From Cenococcum geophilum (Eukaryota): 64,000 nt of DNA. The position numbers and the translations under genes were made by a program. The notes below the pieces were generated by a model, which worked only from the letters and a program-made list of their open reading frames with translations, was not told the DNA's origin and did not search any database. Of the stretch, positions 21,341-31,338 are shown one piece after another (the stretch's first letter is position 1; the number at the start of each line of letters is the position of its first letter). The DNA lies in the NCBI GenBank assembly GCA_050273025.1, contig CP158636.1, forward strand, positions 11,470,001 through 11,534,000. Direction: 5' to 3'.

Positions 21341-23430
21341 ATGGCGTCTGTATCGTCGTTAGATCAAGATATGAGAAAATTACGCATGTCTCGGTACACT
21401 CCGCAGGCTGCGAATGAGGCAAGAGCTTGGATCGAGGACACTCTTGGGGAGAGGCTGCCTACTAGAGATTTATTGGATGCGCTTAAGGATGGGACAGTGC
21501 TGTGCAGGTACGTATATCTCCTCATATTCCTCTGGAAAATGCAAGTGTCTAATCAGAGCTACCTAGGCTTGCCAACCTTGCTGTCCCTTCTCCAGGTGTA
21601 AAGTTTAAGAAATCTCCAATGCCCTTTATACAGATGGAGAATATTTCCCACTTTCTCCGGGCTTGTGAACTGCCTCCACTGAACCTCCCGGCCCACGACC
21701 GATTCCTCACTGTCGACTTATATGAATCAAAAGACCCAGCCCAAGTTTTACAGTGTCTTGGTGCATTTAGCAGAGTAGCAAATTCCGTTAACCCCTCGAA
21801 ATTTCCAACAACAATCGGCCCTAAGCGCACCGGTGCGTTGAGTCCTACAACTACGGGTCCAGCAAATACTACCAATGGAGGGCTCAGCTCTAGCGGATAT
21901 AGCCGTAGCAGAGGTGTTAGCACAGCGAGCCGTAGTAGTGGCTCTTCAACGTTCAATCCGCTATCACGACCGCCACCTGCTGAGAGAACTCTGAGCCCCG
22001 CGCTTACCGGAGGTTCGGCATCATCAAAAGCTACTGATGGTGGATCGAAATCCCCTCAAGGACCAGTTAGCAGCTGGAGTAAGAGAAGCGATGAGGGTAT
22101 CACTGCGCCAGCTTGGAACATACACCAGTATGGATATATGGGAGGTGCTAGTCAGGGCAATCAAGGTATTGCATTCGGAGCGAGACGTCAGATTACAACT
22201 GCGGCGCCTCATGTGCCCAGTCTAGCGGAGAAAGAGAGGAAGAGGAGAGAACAAGAGACTGAGGATGAACGTCTGCGTCTGCTAGCAGAAGAAGCGGAGA
22301 ACAAACGCCGGACAGAGCGAGAGGCTGAAGAAGAGCGCGCTCGTATTGAGGAAGAGCAGATGTGGGAAGAGGAGACGCGGAGACAGCGGGAGGAAGAAAA
22401 ACGACGAGTGGAGAAACAGAAGCGGGATTGGGAAGAACAAGAGAGGCGGTGGAAGCAAGATGAGGAACGGAGGTTAAAAGAAGAGAAAGAAGCCCAAGAA
22501 CGTATCGAAAAAGAGACGCAACGAAAACGGGGCCTAAGCGACGCAAGGTTAAAGGGGCAATTCTTAAGCCAGTACCAGGCAGAGCAGGCTGGCAAGCCAA
22601 GAAGCCGGCGAAACAGTCAGAATGACCCTGAACGGAATGCGGAGCGTGAGCGCGTCCGGGAACTCGAACGCCAGCTCGAAGAAGCCAAAGAACGTGAGCG
22701 CCAATATCAGCTTGAGCGCGAAGACCGTCTTCGAGACGACGAGCGTCGGGCACAGCGTAAAGCGCGCTCAACATCTCGAAGCCGTCCTCAACCACCACCT
22801 CGTAACCCGTCGCCAAAAGACAGCGATGTCTCTTGGGCAGGCGATGAGCGCGAGTACCTCCGCCAACAATGGACAGACAACCAAACCAAGCCCACCATCT
22901 CTCCGCGTCCTCTCCCTGACCCCGCCACCGCAGCGCCACCCTCTCTTCCAACCCGTCCCCTCCCTGAGCCATCTGCACGACCACTCCCAGACCCTTCTAA
23001 CTATACAAGTACCAAATCCACATTGCTCCCTAACCGCACTGCCCGCTTCCTCGCATCCAACACTCCGCCTGTAACCCCCAAACCCGCTACCCATTTTCCA
23101 TCCGAGATGGGGCTTACCTCAACTTCCGAACGTGCAGCAGAAGATGCTCGGCGCACTGCCTCACAGCAGAAAACCAAGGCTGGTGGTTGGGCTTCGAAGT
23201 CACTCCTCGAGCGCGAGATGGAGCGGGAGCGAGAACGCCAGCGTGAATGGGAAGAATCTCAACGGGCATCCCAGAATGCGCCACGAGATCCGAATGAGGG
23301 TGTAGGAGAAGGCCAAAGTTGGGATATCAACCAGTATGGGTATATTGGCGGCGATTCACAGAATAAGGTGGGCACAGGCATTGGATTCGGAGGACGACGG
23401 CAGATCATTGGGCCGAGGCCAAGGCCATGA
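21341..23430 (+). CDS. Calponin-homology (Scp1/transgelin-like) protein with coiled-coil and Pro-rich tail
   Basis: MASVSSLDQD..ARAWIE..DLLDALKDGTVLC, one intron, PFIQMENISHFL, FLTVDLYE.KDPAQV; two calponin-like repeats (YGYMGGASQ, YGYIGGDSQ). Confidence 0.88.
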
Positions 23431-23948
23431 GATAGGGATGGGTAGGGAAAAGCTAGACAATTTTCTTGTTTCATTTCTTCTTGGGTTTAGCCTACGGAAA
23501 GGAGTCGAAGCGTTGAACGGCCGTAGCTTGAAGGCGACTAGGCCAAGCTTCTTGGTATCATCTTCTTGGTGTTCTCACACCCTACAGCGTGGCTATTACG
23601 CTACCAAGTTTTAATAGGGCAATCTGCCTTTCCTCTCTGATGTTGAGTGCCATTGAGCACTGCACGTCGATAGATATCATCTTGCTTCATGTCACATCAC
23701 CAGCGTGCGACTGCTGTAATTAGGCCTTTGAATACGGGCGATAGTTTTGATTACGTCCCATGTCTCCAAATCGATCAGCAAAGCTTAGGAAATCGTCCCA
23801 AATTGATTAATCAGCCCTAAATTCCGACCTCATGTTGCTTAAATCCGACTTAAGCACAAACATAAACGCTACAAAAGGAAGCGTTATGAAATCAATTTGA
23901 AATATCTAATTCATTCAGTATCTACCTAATTGAGGTAACGAGACCGCA

Positions 23949-24887
23949 ATGACAAAATCCACTCAATCAACCCTTCTTCTAGGTGCCGGCGAACTCGGGT
24001 CCGCTATTCTCACACCTCTCTCTGCATATCCCAATATCAAAATCACGGTTGCGGTCCGCGACCCTTCCCGCTATGCCTCTCTCGAGTCTGAGAAAACTTC
24101 ATTCATTGCTTTAGGTCTCACAGACCTCACCATCCAAGAGCTAGCTACAGCCTTCGCACCATTCGATATCATAATTGGCTGCTCAGGTTTTGGCATGCCC
24201 ACCGGTTCGCAGATGAAAATCGCCGAGGCCGCCCTCGCAGCCGGGAAGCAACGTGTCGCAGACGGAAAGCAAGCGATCAGCTTTTTCCCCTGGCAATGGG
24301 GCGTCGACTACGACATCACGGGCGACGCGAGCGGGACGATGGAATTGTTCGGGGAACAGCTGAATATCCGGAACCTGCTGCGGGCACAGTCGGCTTATTC
24401 GGGGATGAACTGGACGATTGTATCGACGGGGATATTCATGAGCTTTTTGTTTGAGCCGTATTGGGGAGTTGTGGAGCCGGAGGGGGAGGACGTTGTGGTG
24501 CGTGCGCTGGGGAGTTGGGAGAATCGTGTTACCGTGTCTACAGTGGAGGATATCGGGTCGATCGCAGCGCGGATCGTGTGTGCATCGGAATCCGAGCTTG
24601 AGACGAAGAATAAGATTGTGTATATGGCAGGGGAAACAATTAGTTACGCGCGCCTGGCGAAGGTGGTTGAGATTGTGTTTGGGAAGAAGGTTCGGAGGGA
24701 ACTATGGAGCGTGGACCACTTAAGAGAGGAGTTGAAGAAAGATCCAGAAAATCTGGTTAAAAAGTATCGGGTGGTTTTCGCAGAGGGTAATGGGGTCAGC
24801 TGGGATGAGAAGGGAACAGTAAATCGGACACTGGGGATGCAGGTAACAGATGTGGAGACCTGGGCGCGGGAAAATTTAAAAGTTTGA
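23949..24887 (+). CDS. NmrA-like / isoflavone-reductase-family NAD(P)-binding protein
   Basis: LLLGAGELG Rossmann motif, FFPWQWGVDYD, WTIVSTGIFMSFLF; intronless. Confidence 0.85.
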   Translation: MTKSTQSTLLLGAGELGSAILTPLSAYPNIKITVAVRDPSRYASLESEKTSFIALGLTDLTIQELATAFAPFDIIIGCSGFGMPTGSQMKIAEAALAAGKQRVADGKQAISFFPWQWGVDYDITGDASGTMELFGEQLNIRNLLRAQSAYSGMNWTIVSTGIFMSFLFEPYWGVVEPEGEDVVVRALGSWENRVTVSTVEDIGSIAARIVCASESELETKNKIVYMAGETISYARLAKVVEIVFGKKVRRELWSVDHLREELKKDPENLVKKYRVVFAEGNGVSWDEKGTVNRTLGMQVTDVETWARENLKV

Positions 24888-25073
24888 AGTGCCCTGTAGC
24901 CGATAAGCTCGAGGCATGTTTTGAAGGATACTTGCTACCTACAGAAAAACCTCCTAGGTTGAAACCTGATACCAGTGATTCGTAACGCCTTCAACTCCCT
25001 TTCTTTTATACACAGAACGTCCCTGTCTGCCCAGGACTACTTCAATCCATTGCCCAATACAATTTACACACGA

Positions 25074-26031
25074 TTACTGCCCAGGTGGTCCACCCTGACT
25101 TCCTGGAGGACCTCCCATTCCTGGTGGAGGGAATCCTCCTGGTGGGCCCATATTCGGCCCTCCAGGCCCTCCCATATTCGGTGGAAACGAGAAATTTGGC
25201 GGTGGCATGCCCGGCATTGGCGGCATGCTGCCAGGCGGTGGGAACGGCATTCCTTGAGGAGGAGAGCCAGCGCCATTTGGAGGAAACGGCGGGAATGGCA
25301 TGTTGCCTGGTCCCCCAGCCATGTTTGGCGGCGGGAACGGCATGTTAGGTGGCATATTGGGCATATTAGGCATGTTACGGTTTGGGGCTGGAATATGTAT
25401 TAGCCTAGGCTGAGGGATGGGAAGGGAGAAGGAAGAGAAATCTACGAATGAAATGGCCAAACTCACGTCCTCCTGGTCCGGGAGGCATAAAAGGCGGTGG
25501 TGGCATCCCCGGAATTCCTATAGCGCAATACACATCAATTTTTTTCCTTCTGATCAAGCCTGTATCTAAGCATGAATCGCACAATACCGGGAAAGCCAAA
25601 AGGCGGAGGTGCCCCAAATCCACCAGGTCCTCCCATCGGCGGCCCTTGTAGCATCGGATTCTGACTCTGTTGGCCTTCAGCGGCATATGAGGACGTAATA
25701 GAATCAATGACACTTTGGGCCTTTTCGTGGCCAATTTCTATCATGTCCATCAGCTTCCACTCTGAATTCCTAAAGTACGAGAAACAGGTATGCGCACGCT
25801 GGTAGTAATCGACTACATTTCGCAAATGATTCCTTCCACTATTATGCGCTTTTCGCACACTCATTGAGTCATGGGTGAGGTATACATCACAATAGTCGCC
25901 TTGAATTAGTCTGTCAGCCGTTCTGCTTAGGATTCGGGGTTTGAATAGAAATGAAGGCCTACAAAAGAGTACAGAGCAAGTCAGTCAAGACACACAAATA
26001 TTTTGGGAGTGGGACACTTATATTTTGGCAT
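25074..26031 (-). CDS. YHC1: U1 snRNP protein C, 6 exons including a 10-nt exon 1 (26031-26022) and a 6-nt exon 2 (25968-25963)
   Basis: Spliced product [57 protein letters not shown] (U1C zinc finger) plus Pro/Gly/Met-rich tail. Confidence 0.93.
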
Positions 26032-26169
26032 GTTTGAAAAGCAGTTCAAAAAGATTACCGAATGGATAATTTGTGGTTGTTGGCCTACAGCTTAGAGGGA
26101 TATTTCCGAGGTCGCGATGAGAAATTTACATTACACAATTAGTCAGCCGACGAGCGCTGCTATCGTGTC

Positions 26170-26513
26170 CCATCCCAGTCCTTGGGTCACCCTCAACCAC
26201 TTAATAAAATCGCTTGAGATTTAAGAGTTTCGGAATCTATGCCTACGAGATACCGTCATATAGTTTATATGCCGTACTGGTTTATCGTTATGTATAAACG
26301 AGCATTTGGCACTATATCACGGCCTAGAATCTCTACTTAAATATCTTCTCTTCAAGCTAAGGGTCTATAATTAAAAAAAAAAGAATATTAAAATGTTGTA
26401 AAACCTTGTTATTATTAACCACAAGCAAAAATAATAAGTGGTTGTTGGAATTGCTGGGGGTTGGAAATGCTGGTTTTACATACATTTAGAGGGTGGCCCA
26501 AGGACTGGGGTGG
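26170..26513. mobile_element. MITE-like element with 25-bp inverted repeats
   Basis: CCATCCCAGTCCTTGGGTCACCCTC (26170-26194) matches the reverse complement of 26489-26513 at 23/25; AT-rich non-coding interior; TSD not resolved. Confidence 0.6.
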
Positions 26514-27347
26514 CCTGAGGAGTGGCGGAACACGTTACAGTGGGTTAATGAAGTGTCCTTTAGGTGCTGGTAAGTTACGGCTAGAGAGTGTATAAGATGA
26601 GGCTTCTTGTAAGGATACTGAAATGAGGAGTAAATCTACGTGGATTTAATCAACCAAGAATTTAAAGGAACGATAGAGTGGCCGTGAAATGATGAACGCT
26701 GGTCTCCTTTGAGTAGCTAAAGAGCCTTTAAAGCATCTAAGTCCACTTTCATGATGCGCCCCTTTCAATTCATCCGCCAAGATCCTTTCCCATTTAGCCC
26801 TCGTACTATGCTTAATATCGCCTAGAAGGCTGATGTGTGGAATGTACACCCTCCTGTCAATTCCGGTTGTTAGCGATAGCTTGAGGGTCAGGAAGTAGGG
26901 TGCTTTCTGTCTGGCCTTGTCAAAGGTTTTGTCTTCTCTATTGTTTGTTCAATATGAAAAGAGTCTCTGCTAATAGGCCAATAAGATCAATATTTGTTGG
27001 ATTGAAAGGATTTAGCAAAGATACGGTTTACAGAACGAGATCCCCAACAAGAAGAGTGTAATGGATTGTGATGATTCCCCTCTTATATAAAGAAGCCTGC
27101 GAAATAAATCGTTTGTCTCCCCGGAAGTTGCCGTTGGTACTCAACAGAATCTTAGCCTTCAGTTGGGAAGGCTTTCACGTCGAAGTTATGGATTCTCGCT
27201 TAGTCTCCTTGATATAGGCTAGCGCGCACAATCGGCGAAAGTTCACGCATCGCGAACTTCTTGTGCGAACCAGCATATCTACCGACTAACCTACAACGAG
27301 TGCCCTCTAACTTCCCATCAACAGCTTGAGGCAGCATTGCTTCAATC

Positions 27348-28639
27348 ATGGCTGAGCAGTTGGTTCTCAGAGGCACCCTTGAGGGCCACACCGGATGGGT
27401 GACCTCCCTCGCAACCTCTCTCGAAAAGTACGTTGAACAGCAAAACAATATGGCAGCGTAACAGTGGATTAATTGGCAGTCAGCCCAAACATGCTCCTGT
27501 CGGGAAGCCGAGATAAGAGTCTCATTATCTGGAATTTGACCCGCGACGATACTTCCTACGGTTACCCCAAGCGAAGCCTTCACGGCCACTCGCACATCGT
27601 CTCCGACTGTGTATGTAATCGGATTATAGGGTGAATTGGGAGATGTGGGCAAGATTTAGGACAATGGACTGATTTAGATGTGTTTTTAAAGGTTATTTCC
27701 TCCGACGGTGCATACGCTCTCTCATCCTCCTGGGACAAGACCCTCCGTCTTTGGGAACTGTCGACTGGTAATACTACGAGGAGATTCGTTGGCCACACCA
27801 ACGATGTCCTGTCCGTTTCCTTCTCCGCCGATAACCGTCAAATTGTCTCTGGCTCCCGCGACCGAACCATCAAGCTATGGAACACTCTAGGAGACTGCAA
27901 GTTCACCATCACTGACAAGGGCCATACTGAGTGGGTGTCGTGCGTGAGGTTCAGCCCGAACCCACAGAACCCAGTCATCGTCAGCGCTGGTTGGGATAAG
28001 ATGGTCAAGGTGGGTACAAATTTTCGCACCCCAATTGGAACAGGAGAAATTTCCAAAAACATCCACATGATGCTAGCACATTTTAAAGTATTTGCTACTT
28101 CAGAGCCTTTTGGCTATGAGACAAACAATCACCGGCGCACTGATACAACATGCTTCTAAATATTTTCATCTTACTTTAAGTTGCGCCACGCAGAAGCTAA
28201 CGTAAATAAACAGGTCTGGGAGCTCGCCTCGTGCCGCATCCAAACCGACCACATCGGCCACACCGGCTACATTAACACCGTGACTATCTCGCCTGATGGC
28301 TCCCTCTGCGCGTCAGGTGGCAAGGACGGCACCACTATGCTTTGGGACCTCAACGAGTCGAAGCACCTGTACTCCCTCACCGCTGGCGACGAGATCCATG
28401 CCCTTGTCTTCTCTCCTAACCGCTACTGGCTGTGCGCCGCCACCGCCTCCAGCATCATTATCTTCGATCTCGAGAAGAAGAGCAAGGTCGATGAGCTGAA
28501 GCCCGATTATATGGAGGTTGGCAAGAAGAGCCGGGAGCCGGAGTGTGTTAGCTTGGCTTGGAGCGCTGATGGCCAGACGCTGTTCGCTGGCTACACTGAT
28601 AGCCGTATCCGCTGCTGGGGCGTGATGGCGAGGGCGTAG
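27348..28639 (+). CDS. cpc-2: RACK1 / G-beta-like WD40 ribosomal protein (CPC2/ASC1), 4 exons
   Basis: [64 protein letters not shown]; three GT-AG introns. Confidence 0.97.
28063..28147 (+). ncRNA. U24: Box C/D snoRNA U24 (snR24) in RACK1 intron 3 (28010..28213)
   Basis: Box C ATGATG (28067), guide TATTTGCTACTT plus D' CAGA (28089-28104) as recalled for yeast snR24, C'-like ATGAGAC, box D CTGA (28140-28143). Yeast snR24 is likewise hosted in the ASC1 intron. Confidence 0.9.
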
Positions 28640-28919
28640 GTGGGTTGATGAAAGGAGGATGGGTAAGGCGAGGGAATGATGGGGTCTAAATCTGCTTATG
28701 TGCCACGGGGGGAATGAATAGGTAGGCAGCCGTTCGGGTTTTCATGTGGCCTAGCAATGTTGCGGGTATAGCACTTCGGCGGTGCTCAAAGCAAATGAAA
28801 AATCATTCAATCCAATCCAAGCCCATCTCCAATACTTATTTTGATGCTACCATATATCATTATACAACTACACCTGAAATCCAAAGCCAATACAAAGATA
28901 AATCTTCATATAATCTCCT

Positions 28920-30167
28920 TCACAGCTTCTCAAAAGTCAGCTTCCTCTTCTGTAGTCCACTCAACATAGCATCCTTCACATCCTTCGTCTGCACCATCGC
29001 CGCATTCCAAACCGCCGTATACCTCAACCCATCCTCCACCGGCCTATCCCTCGAGTAGTTCAAAATCTCCTTCGTCCCCATCGTTGCCACAGGGCTCTTA
29101 CTCGCAATCAGCCCCGCCAACTTTGTCCCCGCCGCCAATGTCTCCCCCTTATTCGCATACACCGCCGACACAAGCCCCACCCTCAACGCCTCCTCAGCAC
29201 CGAACACGCGCGCCGACAAACACACATCCTTCGCCCAGCTGGCGCTGCCAACCGCGCGCGGCAGCCGCGACAGCGTGCCGATGTCGGCCGCGAGCCCGAT
29301 GTCGACCTCCTTGACGGAGAAGCTGGTGGAGGCGGCGGCGACGCGGATGTCGCAGGCGAGCGAGAGGTCGAGGGCAAGCCCGTACGCGATGCCGTGCAGG
29401 ACTGCGATGACGGGCTTCTCGCAGGCCTCGACGGCGTTGATGCAGGCTTGGAACTCGAGGATGTGCCGGCGCAGCGCGTTGGCGGTGCGGGCGGGGTCGG
29501 CGTCTGTGCGGCCGATGAGGCCGCCGGAGGAGGCGGCCTGGAGACCAGTACGTTAGTGGGTGGTAGTAGGAGAAGAGAGGGGTTGGGGGTTTACTTTGAT
29601 GTCGAGGCCCGCGGTGAAGGCGCGGTCGCCAGCGCTGGTTAGGACGATGGCGCGGACGTTGGGGTCGTGGGAGAGGCACTGGAAGATTTGCGATATGTTG
29701 AGCCACATTCTAGGGGGATATTAGACGTGGCGTAGGTATCTAGGTAGGATCATACAGAACGGAAGGAGGAATTAAAGAGAGATAGTGAGAGAATTGTAAG
29801 GGAAATGGGTAAGGTTGTCATTGACAGTAGGAATGATTACTTTGATAGTTGAGAAAGGGCACTAAAGCTGAATTCAGGATATTGAAGGTATAATGAAGGT
29901 GAAAACATTCAGAATTGTTCTAAAGAAATTCTAGTATTGACATTGACCGTAAAAACCGGTTCGGTCAAATCAAATAAAGTTTGAACGACAGTAGAAAACA
30001 TGTTGACATGCTCATTAAAAAAGACAGCAGGATCTCGGTTTGTCCTAAAACCTAGCTTACACTTCAATAAAAGCATTTAGCTTCTCCGGCCGGTTTATCT
30101 CAACCTGGGCGACATATTCTTGCGGAAATGTGACGTTGAAGTAGTCGTAGGAGTATTCTTGTGCCAT
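28920..30167 (-). CDS. ECH1: Delta3,5-Delta2,4-dienoyl-CoA isomerase (crotonase family), 3 exons
   Basis: Exon 1 (30167-30061) MAQEYSYDYFNVTFPQEYVAQVEINRPEKLNAFIE; intron 30060..29710; MWLNISQIFQCLSHDPNVRAIVLTSAGDRAFTAGLD; KEVDIGLAADIGTLSRL; ends in PTS1-like EKL. Confidence 0.9.
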
Positions 30168-30283
30168 GCTTTTCCGGCTGGATTATTGAACTGAATAACA
30201 CACTATTTCAAAATCCAACCGCTTGAGGAAAATGAGTAGAGTATAAAAATGTAGATAGTTCTCTGGTGTAGTTGTTATGGTTA

Positions 30284-31003
30284 CAGCTATGTGCATGACC
30301 AGCTTCCACTCCCTTTCCGAGGTTTCGAATTCGGTACACATTCAACTTCACCTGATTGCTACTAGCTGTACATGGCAATCGTAGCGAACGTCTATGCTTG
30401 GCTGCAAGAACTTCAGCTGTTCGCGATCGGTCTCCATAATGTCGCAATCTTTGTCAAATATCGTGAGGTTTCCACCCGTACGATATTGCCAAACTTCATC
30501 AGCCACTGCGGAGACAGACAGCGTTGTACAGTGCATTGCACGACCTGCTTCCCCCCTCTTTAGCGAGCGCTGCGAAATATCAAACTCGGTACGCGCATCC
30601 AACCTCGCTTGATTGCACGTGGTAATTGTGGCGAAGCTGTATGCTTGGCTGCAAGAACCTTGCTCCGGCGACCTTCTTCTGCAGTGCCGTGATCTTTGTT
30701 AAATATCGTAAGGTCTCCACCTATATGATATTGCCAAATTTCATCGACTTCTCTGCAGAGACAGCATTGCATTCGCGCTTTGGCGGCCATAACGGAGGCG
30801 TAGTTAAGGGGGAGAAGAGGAAGCGTATGTCAGGCAATTCCTCTAGCCAATCAGAATAATTCTCCAGGGCAGCCAAAATAACCCGCGCGTGCAACCATAG
30901 GCGTTCGCTACAATTACTATGTGCAGTTGGTGGCGAGCCGGCGTACCGTAGCGAAATAAATTTTTGCCAGAGTGGGGTGGAAGCTGGTCATGCACATAAG
31001 CTG
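30284..31003. mobile_element. 720-bp non-autonomous Tc1/mariner-type element (MITE) with TA target duplication
   Basis: TA|CAGCTATGTGCATGACCAGCTTCCAC at left and GTGGAAGCTGGTCATGCACATAAGCTG|TA at right; imperfect TIR extends ~110 bp; internal direct repeat ~30365-30530 vs ~30610-30770. Confidence 0.82.
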
Positions 31004-31338
31004 TATTAGTGAGGTGGGGGTTTGATGATCGTCTCACATGCCTCGGCGAAAATCAATGATGATAGGAACAGACGATTCGTTCAGAATTTCTGTTTGTATG
31101 TAATATTCTCCAAGGGAAAGACAGTATATTCGTTGGTTAACTTATGAATTTACGATAATACTGGTCAAGAGAGCGTCTCAGAAATTGCCGTCAAGTCCTA
31201 TCCAAGATGCACCAATCCTCCTAACTCACCACAAGATGCCCACTGGAACACCACATAATCATCCAGAACCGTACTTATTAAGCGTCAGAAGTATAACCAA
31301 ACAACCATATACTAAGTGAAGGTTAACTAATCAATCAT

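Noticed and set aside
25900..26015. Single GT-AG intron from GTCCCA giving MPKYKCDYC
   Set aside because: Very poor donor, and it leaves the internal branch point, the GTAGGC donor and the exact FF-encoding micro-exon unexplained. Disfavoured but not excluded.
26016..26021. U12-type (minor spliceosome) interpretation of the AT-AC intron
   Set aside because: Lacks the ATATCCTT donor and TCCTTAAC branch; signals are U2-like and ascomycetes lack U11/U12.
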